A stretch of DNA of 64,000 nucleotides from an uncultured bacterium (GTDB lineage Bacteria; Patescibacteriota; Microgenomatia; Levybacterales; UBA12049). The stretch covers positions 576,809 to 640,808 of the forward strand of contig CAWGXL010000011.1 in assembly GCA_963826535.1 (NCBI GenBank), given 5' to 3'. Every line of letters starts with the position of its first letter. Position 1 is the stretch's first letter. The notes under the pieces are model-generated. The model was not told the origin of the DNA. It saw only the letters and a list, made by a program, of their open reading frames with translations, and ran no database searches. Below are positions 26,143 through 33,986 of this stretch, in pieces. The translations under genes were made by a program, and so were the position numbers.

Positions 26143-27030
26143 TTATTTAATCTTATCAAGCATTTTTCTATGTGAGGCTCTTACAAAATGTCCATCATTT
26201 GGCGGATTTGCATCTATCAATGAAACCGGAGGAATAAGATATACGTGTCGCGCTACATCTGACCATTTTCCTGGCCCGGTTGACAGAATATCAATAGTAT
26301 CGATGGCTGCATCAGAGTCTTTTGGTATTGATTTATTTATTCTATGTAGAGTATCTAGAAAAGGTACTGATCCTCCAACAGCTTTAGGCGGATGAGGAAA
26401 TCTTCCAACAGTAGAAAATATCACATCATATCCTCCCGGTCTTTCTACAATAGGTAAACCTGTCTGCCCAATTATATCGCTCATTTGTTTTTTGACCTCG
26501 AGTATTTTTGTGTCTTTATTGGGTAAAAATGCTGCTACAATTGAAACAGAATTTTGAGGCCGATCGATAGATGGCATAACCCGATACAATTGTAGATTTA
26601 TAGATCCGGGTGGATGTGTAAATCCTTTTTGCAATGCTTGATAGTATGTTCTTACCGCAACAGCGTCTATCCCAGCTGCTTTTCTTCCTTTTTCGTTAAA
26701 TTCAAGATCACGAAGCGTTACATGTTGAAAGCTACGCGGCACAAAGTGTATATCCGGCTCAACTGCTTTTAGTTGCGTTTCAACTTTTTGTAAATATTCC
26801 TCTACCTGTCCTTTAATAAAACCGATGGTGGTTACAGAATACCTATCATCTCCTGTTTCACCTGTTAAAATGGGGTTATCTACAGTTTCACCTGCTTGAA
26901 TAAGTCGAATAGCATGTTTTTCTCTATCTTTATATTCGCTTTTTAAGCGTTCTTGAACTGCTTCAAGGCTTTCAGGCGACTTCTCACCTTCACCAAATGT
27001 CATAAAAAAATTATACCATTGAAAAGTCAA
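26143..27030 (-). CDS. Hypothetical protein (295 aa); the likely start is the internal MTFGEGEKS near 27003
   Basis: A long ORF tightly packed between neighbours, with no confident motif. A weak HVTL block hints at the 2H-phosphoesterase family but is unconvincing. Confidence 0.4.
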   Translation of the reverse strand: MTFQWYNFFMTFGEGEKSPESLEAVQERLKSEYKDREKHAIRLIQAGETVDNPILTGETGDDRYSVTTIGFIKGQVEEYLQKVETQLKAVEPDIHFVPRSFQHVTLRDLEFNEKGRKAAGIDAVAVRTYYQALQKGFTHPPGSINLQLYRVMPSIDRPQNSVSIVAAFLPNKDTKILEVKKQMSDIIGQTGLPIVERPGGYDVIFSTVGRFPHPPKAVGGSVPFLDTLHRINKSIPKDSDAAIDTIDILSTGPGKWSDVARHVYLIPPVSLIDANPPNDGHFVRASHRKMLDKIK

Positions 27031-27070
27031 AAAATAATTTCAGTTTCTAAGAGACCTTTTAAATAGGCAC

Positions 27071-28351
27071 TTAGGTTTGAGAATTCTTCACAACCTTGAA
27101 ATCAGGTAGGGGAATTAGAAAATCGGATTTAAGACCACGTGCTTTTAAGCGTTGCATTATTGGAGCGGCCAGGTGCCAGGCAAGTATTACAACGTAGTCA
27201 GGCTGTTCTTTAATAAGCCTCTCATTATTTACAATAGGCATATGTTTGCCGGCTAAATACTTTCCAAGTTTCAGAGAGGTGGGTTGCTCAGTTATATAGG
27301 GCATTAATTCTGTATCAACTCCGTAATAATTCAGTAATGTGGCGGCCCGGGCGGGACAAGCGTCGCCGACTATGAGTTTGCCATTCTTTTTTGCGGTAAT
27401 TAGAAATTCCATCATGGCAAGGCGGGCTTTTTTGACGCGATTGGCGAATTTTTGAAATGTGTCTAATTTATCTAAACCAAATTTTTTTTCAATGTTGAGT
27501 AAATTTGCAATAGATGGATTTTTGGTTCTTCCTTTTCCTTTGGTGGTATGGATACGGATATTGCCGCCATATCTATCGCCCCGTTCAACATCGGTTACGG
27601 TAAAATCGTATGTCTTGAAAAGGTTGATTTGTGAGTTCAAAGAATATGTTCTTAAGTGTTCGTGGTATATTGAGTCAAATTGTCCATCTCTGATAATATC
27701 GAGCAGATAGTGAGTTTCATTTATAAAAACGCCGTCTTTTTTTAGAAGCGCATGCGCGCCCATTACAAATTCTCCGATCGTTTGCATGTGGGCGAATGTA
27801 TTTGTTGTAACAATCATTGCGGCGGGACCATATTTTTTCTTAATTTTGTTGGCAAGTTTTATGTCGAAAAATTCTTGTATTGTTTCGATTCCATTTGCAT
27901 TTGCGTATTTTGCAATATTGGTTGGCTCAACTCCTAACACTTTAATTCCCTGGCTTTTGAAGCCGTTCAGGAGGGTACCGTCATTTGAACCGATATCTAT
28001 CACTAAATCATTTGGAGTTAGTTTATATTGCTTAATTAGGGATTGGCTCATTATTTTTTGATAATCGGCAACTTCTTTTGTAATGCCTGGTTTATAAGGG
28101 TAAGCCGGGTGATAAACTTCTTTTCCGTCAACACAGTAATCGAGCTGAACGCCTGTGCATTTCTCGCACCATATCATGCGCAATGGATATGTTGTTTCAG
28201 GAAGGCGTAGAGATTCTTCGGAAAGCAAGGTATTTGCTAAAGGTTGATGTCCTAAGTCGAGAATTAGGTGGACTTTTTTAGAATTGCAGACTTGGCAGTT
28301 TTTGATAGGTCCGGTTTTTACGAAGTGATATTCAGGATAGGGGAAATTCAT
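27071..28351 (-). CDS. SAM-dependent sugar C-methyltransferase-like protein (TcaB9/TylC3-type architecture): N-terminal Zn-ribbon, class I MTase core and C-methyltransferase C-terminal domain
   Basis: CxxC...C...C at the N-terminus (CQVCNSKK...CEKCTGV), the MTase motif LVIDIGSNDGTLL and a length of 426 aa. It is paralogous to 32595..33845 (FDSIYHEHL vs FDAMYHEHI; YGGNIRIH vs HGGSLRIY). Confidence 0.65.
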   Translation of the reverse strand: MNFPYPEYHFVKTGPIKNCQVCNSKKVHLILDLGHQPLANTLLSEESLRLPETTYPLRMIWCEKCTGVQLDYCVDGKEVYHPAYPYKPGITKEVADYQKIMSQSLIKQYKLTPNDLVIDIGSNDGTLLNGFKSQGIKVLGVEPTNIAKYANANGIETIQEFFDIKLANKIKKKYGPAAMIVTTNTFAHMQTIGEFVMGAHALLKKDGVFINETHYLLDIIRDGQFDSIYHEHLRTYSLNSQINLFKTYDFTVTDVERGDRYGGNIRIHTTKGKGRTKNPSIANLLNIEKKFGLDKLDTFQKFANRVKKARLAMMEFLITAKKNGKLIVGDACPARAATLLNYYGVDTELMPYITEQPTSLKLGKYLAGKHMPIVNNERLIKEQPDYVVILAWHLAAPIMQRLKARGLKSDFLIPLPDFKVVKNSQT

Positions 28352-28460
28352 CGGATAATTATAGCACAGGTATTTTGAGACCGTTCCCGCCTAAGCTTAC
28401 TTCAAGCCTTTTCAGTACTATTCGTACACGGTTTGAAGAGCGCTTGGTCGGCGGGCAGGC

Positions 28461-28544
28461 GTGAATTAAAATTTTTTTTGCTGCGAAACTCGCCCGCTGA
28501 GAGGGCTCAGACAGTCTTGCTGCAAAAAATTTTATTCACTCACT
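28461..28544. repeat. ~85-bp structured palindromic element (nested hairpins), copy 1; terminator-like or ncRNA-like
   Basis: GTGAATTAAAATTTTTTTTGCTGCGAAACTCGCCCGCTGAGAGGGCTCAGACAGTCTTGCTGCAAAAAATTTTATTCAC. The outer stem is GTGAAT.AAAATTTTTT..GCTGC / GCAGCAAAAAATTTTATTCAC, and the inner stem is CTGAG...CTCAG. It is about 90% identical to 32476..32559. Confidence 0.7.
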
Positions 28545-28564
28545 TTCTCACTTTCTAATATAAA

Positions 28565-29491
28565 TTAGGCGAAATTATACTTTTTTACGTACTTCAAATA
28601 GTCTTTAATCCCATTTTCAAGATTCATTTTAGGAGACCATCCAAGCATCATTCGCGCTTTTGAATTGTCCATTGTGCCCCGTCTCGGTTTGTCTGTCAGG
28701 GTTTTTATTTCGTATTTTAAGTTGAAATATGGGCGTAAGTGACTGATGAAAGTTGAAAGTTTTTGTGCTTTGCCTCCACTTATATGGAATATTTCTTTTG
28801 TAGGAGCAACTGAAATTACCTTAATGATTCCCTCAACAAGATCTTTGATATAAATAAAATCAAGCCAGGCATTTTCATTAATCCAGAATTTTTCATTTTT
28901 GATAGCATTATTGATAATGGAATTCACTGCGCGTTTGTGTAAATCTCCAAAACCATATACATTGGTAGATTTAATAATCATCCAGTTATCCAGGTGAGAT
29001 GTAATCAAAAACTCACCACTAGCTTTGGAAACACCATATACAGTGACAGGTTGAATTGCGGCTTTTTCATTTATTGTGAAATCAAAGTTACCGTAAGGTG
29101 CAATGGAGGACATAAAAATGAATTTCTTGATTGGGTATTTTTTTACTACTGAAGCAATTTTATATGTGAGTACTGTGTCTTCCGCGATTTGTTTTAGTGA
29201 AAAGAGGGAATCAAAGCTATGCTCTAGTGGATACCCTGCTAAGTGAATTATGATTTGAGGTTTTTCTTTTTTTATTATTTTTTCACCGATCTCTTCGAAT
29301 CTTCCTTTATAGAGAAGTGCTTTTTTTAACAATGATTTATTTCGAAAGTCACGTATTTTTTTGATATGTAACTTGTTGTCTCCATAATCGAGTAAGGGGT
29401 CTATAATTACCACCTTATAATTTTGGTCTGTTAAATATTTCGTGAGCCATGAGCCGATAAATCCTGCGCCTCCGATCAATAAACATTTCAT
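28565..29491 (-). CDS. NAD-dependent epimerase/dehydratase (extended SDR; NDP-sugar epimerase/dehydratase/reductase)
   Basis: GGAGFIGS Rossmann motif and the catalytic YGVSK (YxxxK); about 308 aa. Confidence 0.85.
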   Translation of the reverse strand: MKCLLIGGAGFIGSWLTKYLTDQNYKVVIIDPLLDYGDNKLHIKKIRDFRNKSLLKKALLYKGRFEEIGEKIIKKEKPQIIIHLAGYPLEHSFDSLFSLKQIAEDTVLTYKIASVVKKYPIKKFIFMSSIAPYGNFDFTINEKAAIQPVTVYGVSKASGEFLITSHLDNWMIIKSTNVYGFGDLHKRAVNSIINNAIKNEKFWINENAWLDFIYIKDLVEGIIKVISVAPTKEIFHISGGKAQKLSTFISHLRPYFNLKYEIKTLTDKPRRGTMDNSKARMMLGWSPKMNLENGIKDYLKYVKKYNFA

Positions 29492-29611
29492 ATGTGGTTT
29501 ATAAATGCAAATTCTTGCGTAAAGTATAGCATAGACTTAATCTTAAGAATGCAGGATATTTTTGACTTTAAGAACTGATATAATTTCTCTAAGTTTCTAT
29601 CCAAAAATATT

Positions 29612-30778
29612 ATGAAACATAGAGTAGCAATTGTTCGCGGGCCGGGGCTAAGTAAATGGGAGATGCAGGTTTATGAGCCTTTGATGGAATGGTTTGATTT
29701 GACTGCTATTGCTTCAACCAGACCGGTTAACGATATACAAAATATACAATTTCCTATAAAGCGACTTGTTTGTCCTACGCAATATTTAACTTTAATGCCT
29801 AAAATTATTCCGATTATGTTTAATATGTTTGGCGATACACAGTGGCTGTATGGTTTTGAAAAAGTTGTTTCAGGGTTTGATATTGTTCATAGCGTTGAAT
29901 TGTTTAATGGTTATTCAGTGCAAGCTGTGAGGGCAAAGAAAAAAGGTATAATAAAAGCTGTAACTTTAACAATACATGAAAATATTCCATTCACTTACAA
30001 TAACTATCCTGCCAAAATGGCTTTAAAACAGGAAGTAATTGAGGGAGCAGACCGTTTTCTTGCTATTAATGAAATGAGTAAACAGATGCTTCTTCTTGAA
30101 GGGGTTGATGAGAAACGCATATCTGTTATTCCGCAAAGCGTAGACACTCATGTTTTTCGTCCGCCATCAGATTCCGATAAAGCGGATTTAAAAAAACTGA
30201 GGAAAAAATATAATTTGAATGATGATGATTTTGTTGTTCTTGCTGTTGGAAGGATGGTTTGGGAAAAGGGATGGTATGATCTGATACCAGCGGCATTGCG
30301 AGTTTATCAAAAATTAAAAAATGTTAAATTTATATTTATAGGATCAGGACCGGAGAGGGAGCAAGTAGAGGCTTTTTCTCAACGGCTTGGACTAAGCAAG
30401 ACAATTATTTTTGCGAGTCTTCCTTATAGTATGATGAATAGTGTATTTCGCATGGCAAATCTTTTTGCCTATCCTAGTCTTGCCACCAGACAATGGAATG
30501 CACAGTTTGGTGGTGGAGTACTTACTGAAGCAATGGCAACAGCGCTCCCGATTGTCGCAACATTAAATGGAGGGGTGATAGACCTTGTTGGACGTGGGGG
30601 GGGGATTTTTCTTCAACCGCAGCGGTTTGGGGAACTTGCAGATGCTATCATCAAGTTTGCCCGTGATTCTAAGCTTTGTAAAAAAATCGGTCAACGTAAT
30701 AGAGAAACAGCTTTGAAACTTTATAGTCTCCAAGTGGTTGCTAAACAGATTAAAAAAGAATGGGAAATTGTTATATAA
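29612..30778 (+). CDS. Glycosyltransferase family 4 (GT-B, Glycos_transf_1)
   Basis: C-terminal domain with VLAVGRMVWEKGWYDLI...FIGSGPE and an E-x7-E-type block; 388 aa. Confidence 0.8.
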   Translation: MKHRVAIVRGPGLSKWEMQVYEPLMEWFDLTAIASTRPVNDIQNIQFPIKRLVCPTQYLTLMPKIIPIMFNMFGDTQWLYGFEKVVSGFDIVHSVELFNGYSVQAVRAKKKGIIKAVTLTIHENIPFTYNNYPAKMALKQEVIEGADRFLAINEMSKQMLLLEGVDEKRISVIPQSVDTHVFRPPSDSDKADLKKLRKKYNLNDDDFVVLAVGRMVWEKGWYDLIPAALRVYQKLKNVKFIFIGSGPEREQVEAFSQRLGLSKTIIFASLPYSMMNSVFRMANLFAYPSLATRQWNAQFGGGVLTEAMATALPIVATLNGGVIDLVGRGGGIFLQPQRFGELADAIIKFARDSKLCKKIGQRNRETALKLYSLQVVAKQIKKEWEIVI

Positions 30779-30946
30779 AAAATTTGAAATTTGCCCTACG
30801 AGGGGACTAGGTTTTTCCCCACGAGGGGATTGGCGCAAACCGTCGAAATTTGAAATTTTTAATGGCTTAATATTTTAAATTTAATAATTGTAACATTGTG
30901 ATTTGATTGAAAATTGTAAATTTTAAATTGAAAATTAATAAAGTTT

Positions 30947-32449
30947 ATGCTAAGAAAAGTACAGCCTCTTCTATCAAATTCTTCTTTGGATGTACGAGCG
31001 CTGAAGACTAAGGCTGTTGATAGTTTTTTTGTTTTGGCAATCCGGCGTGTTTTAGTACAAGTAATTCAAACTATCTCCAGCATACTGCTTGCAAGATTAT
31101 TATTTCCTGATGTTTTTGGATTCTATGTATTGCTTTTATTTTTTCAAGGGATATTCCTTTTACTTACAGATATTGGTTTGTATATGTCTATCATTCAAGA
31201 TAAAAAAGAACCTTCAACTCCTGAGTTGCGAAGTATTTTTACACTGCATGTGCTACTAGGAAGCATTACAACTATTATTTTCTGGTTTTTGGTTCCTGTT
31301 CTCTTTAATTTATTTAATCAATCTCTTGACGCACAGAAATTGTTTGTTGTTCAGTTAAGTTCTTTAGCCCTTATTTTTTTCAATTTAAAATTAATACCGC
31401 AAGCATTACTTGAAAGAGCGATCGATTTTAAGAGAATAACTATTGCAGAAGTGAGTGAAGTATTAATATTTAGTATATGTACAGTAGTGCTTGCCATTAA
31501 CGGGTTTGGTGTTGCCAGTTTTATTTGGGGTTTATTGGTGAGTAGATTTTTTATAGCTGTTATCTTTTTTTGGCTTAGACCTTGGAAAATTGGAATTTCT
31601 TTCTCTTTGCAACATTTAAAGCGTTTTTTATCATTTGGAATACCTATTCAATTAAGTAGTGTATATGGAACATTAAGCGGGGCGGTTGCTCCTGTAATTG
31701 TTGGCGGCATGTTAGGCGTTACGGCACTAGGGCTTGTTATTTGGGCAGGGGGAGTTGCCGGATTATCAAGAGTTATTAGTGAAATTATTTCACGTATATT
31801 GCTAACGCTTGGTGCCAGGTCACAGAGTGATCCTGAGATTTTTAAAAAGACGATTGAGAGGGCGACGCATTTATCTACTGTAATTTCATTTCCACTTATA
31901 GCGCTTATCTTTGTACTCGCAAAACCAATTACATATATTATTTTTACCGATAAATGGCTTGGTGGGTTGGGGACATTGTATGTTTTTTGTATTTATGGAA
32001 TATTTGCGATTTTACAAGATATTTTAATTCACGCATTGTGGGGAATTGGTAATTCAAGAGCAGTTCGTGATATCACATTATTATCTGTGGTATTACAATG
32101 GATATTTTCTTTTATTCTTGTATCAAAGTTTGGATTGATAGGTTTTTCAATAGCGTGGCTTTTGACAGGGGTCAATTGTATTCTATTGTATTTGGAATTA
32201 CGAAAACGCGTGAAAATTAACATATTGACAGATCTTCTCAAAACTTTGGCGCTCTCGGTTTTTACCGGTATTGCGACTTTTTTAGTTACGTTATTTTTTC
32301 CTATAATATCAATTTGGCATTTGATAGGGACTGGTTGCGTTGGTTTGGGATTTTATATCCTTATTGTGTTAATTTTGCGGAGAAAGATGTTTGTAGAGAA
32401 TTTTGGAGTTATTAAGGAATTGATGGTACGGAAAAGGGTTGAAAAGTAA
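30947..32449 (+). CDS. Wzx-like oligosaccharide flippase (polysaccharide biosynthesis protein, MOP superfamily)
   Basis: 500 aa, about 12-14 TM. The N-terminal block ...FFVLAIRRVLVQVIQTISSILLARLL.PDVFGFY is typical of Wzx/RfbX. Confidence 0.7.
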   Translation: MLRKVQPLLSNSSLDVRALKTKAVDSFFVLAIRRVLVQVIQTISSILLARLLFPDVFGFYVLLLFFQGIFLLLTDIGLYMSIIQDKKEPSTPELRSIFTLHVLLGSITTIIFWFLVPVLFNLFNQSLDAQKLFVVQLSSLALIFFNLKLIPQALLERAIDFKRITIAEVSEVLIFSICTVVLAINGFGVASFIWGLLVSRFFIAVIFFWLRPWKIGISFSLQHLKRFLSFGIPIQLSSVYGTLSGAVAPVIVGGMLGVTALGLVIWAGGVAGLSRVISEIISRILLTLGARSQSDPEIFKKTIERATHLSTVISFPLIALIFVLAKPITYIIFTDKWLGGLGTLYVFCIYGIFAILQDILIHALWGIGNSRAVRDITLLSVVLQWIFSFILVSKFGLIGFSIAWLLTGVNCILLYLELRKRVKINILTDLLKTLALSVFTGIATFLVTLFFPIISIWHLIGTGCVGLGFYILIVLILRRKMFVENFGVIKELMVRKRVEK

Positions 32450-32475
32450 GATTGATTGTGGATATGCATCCGTTC

Positions 32476-32559
32476 GTGAATAAAATTTTTTTTGCTGCGA
32501 AACTCGCCCCGCTGAGCGGGCTCAAACAGTCTTGCTGCAAAAAATTTTATTCACTCACT
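32476..32559. repeat. ~85-bp structured palindromic element, copy 2, between convergent gene ends
   Basis: GTGAATAAAATTTTTTTTGCTGCGAAACTCGCCCCGCTGAGCGGGCTCAAACAGTCTTGCTGCAAAAAATTTTATTCAC. The inner stem CCCGCTGAGCGGG is a perfect palindrome here. Confidence 0.7.
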
Positions 32560-32594
32560 AATTTTCACAATTCCTAAACGATTTCGCTGTTAAT

Positions 32595-33845
32595 TCAGCC
32601 TATTATTTTTGGGAAGGGGATGGGGATGATAAATTTTCCGCCTTGATTTGTGAACCATTGTTCTTTATTCATGATAGGTACAGCCGAATTCCAGGCAAGA
32701 ATTAGGATGTAATCAGGGATGTTTTTTTTGAGTGTATGCGGTGGAAGAATGGGGATGTGGTTTCCAGGCATATAGAGAAATTGTTTTGAGGGAGTACTAT
32801 CTGTTATATAGTCAATTGTTTGATTTGTGATGCCGCAAAAATTTAAAAGCGTAGTCGCTTTTGCAGGTGCTCCGTAACCCGCAATTTTTTTACCTTGTTT
32901 TTTTATATCAGCAAGAATACGAGTGAGTGTTTTTTTGATAATAAGAGGTTGTCTGGCAAATTTTTTATAGATTTTATCCTCATGGAGTTTAAGAAAACGT
33001 TCTTTCTGAATGAACTTTAGAACACTGTTTTTGACCTGAAAACGTCCTGACTTATGAGAGGCATAAATGCGCAGAGATCCTCCGTGGTTGGCTACATGCA
33101 ATACATCAAAAACTTGTAAATCGTACTTCTTCAATAAATAAATGATGGGATGGAGAGAGAAATAACAAATATGTTCATGATACATTGCATCAAACTCATT
33201 TTTATGGAGTAAGTCTGCAATGTATTGCACTTCAAAAATAAATATCCCATTGGGATCAAGTATTTTTTTTGTTGCAGCCAGAATGTCATGAATTTTATCG
33301 GTATGTGCTAAAACATTATTGGCTGTTATAATCCCTGCTTTTCCATATGTATTAAATAGGTGCGGGACAATATGCGTGCCAAAAAAATCGTTAATTGATT
33401 CAAGATGTTTTTTATTAACTATTGTTGTGATGTTGGTTGCAGGATCAACTCCTAATACCCGCGCGCCAAGTTTTTTTAAAGGTTTCAGAAGAACTCCGTC
33501 ATTACTGCCTACGTCAATTGTTAATTGTTTTATCTGACGCGGAAATTTTTTTATAAGATCTAGAGCATATTCATCAAAATGTTTAATTAAGGTGGAAGAT
33601 GCGGAGGAAAAATATGCATAATTATTGAACAGTTGGCCACGATCTACGATATCAAGTAATTGAGCCAAATGACAATTGTGACAGTAATAAATGTTAAGCG
33701 GAATTTTTAGATCAGGTTTTTTTAAGTCATTTTTTGTGAGATAGGAATTCGCAAGAGGCAGATTGCCCAGAGATAAAAAACGTGTGAGTTTTTTGCCTTT
33801 ACATATTAGACAGTGTTTGCTTTTTTTAATCTTAGCTTTCAACAT
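32595..33845 (-). CDS. SAM-dependent sugar C-methyltransferase-like protein (paralog of 27071..28351) with an N-terminal Zn-ribbon
   Basis: CLICKGKK...CHNCHLAQ zinc ribbon and LTIDVGSNDGVLL; 416 aa. Confidence 0.65.
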   Translation of the reverse strand: MLKAKIKKSKHCLICKGKKLTRFLSLGNLPLANSYLTKNDLKKPDLKIPLNIYYCHNCHLAQLLDIVDRGQLFNNYAYFSSASSTLIKHFDEYALDLIKKFPRQIKQLTIDVGSNDGVLLKPLKKLGARVLGVDPATNITTIVNKKHLESINDFFGTHIVPHLFNTYGKAGIITANNVLAHTDKIHDILAATKKILDPNGIFIFEVQYIADLLHKNEFDAMYHEHICYFSLHPIIYLLKKYDLQVFDVLHVANHGGSLRIYASHKSGRFQVKNSVLKFIQKERFLKLHEDKIYKKFARQPLIIKKTLTRILADIKKQGKKIAGYGAPAKATTLLNFCGITNQTIDYITDSTPSKQFLYMPGNHIPILPPHTLKKNIPDYILILAWNSAVPIMNKEQWFTNQGGKFIIPIPFPKIIG

Positions 33846-33986
33846 ATTGTTTCAGTTATTATATACCACTTAACCCCGATCTGCGCGGCAACTCTAAGGT
33901 ATAATATTTATAAATCTGAGGAGTATTATATAAAATAAGTAGCAAATGTAATTAATATAATATGTGAATTATATTTTTTATGATAG

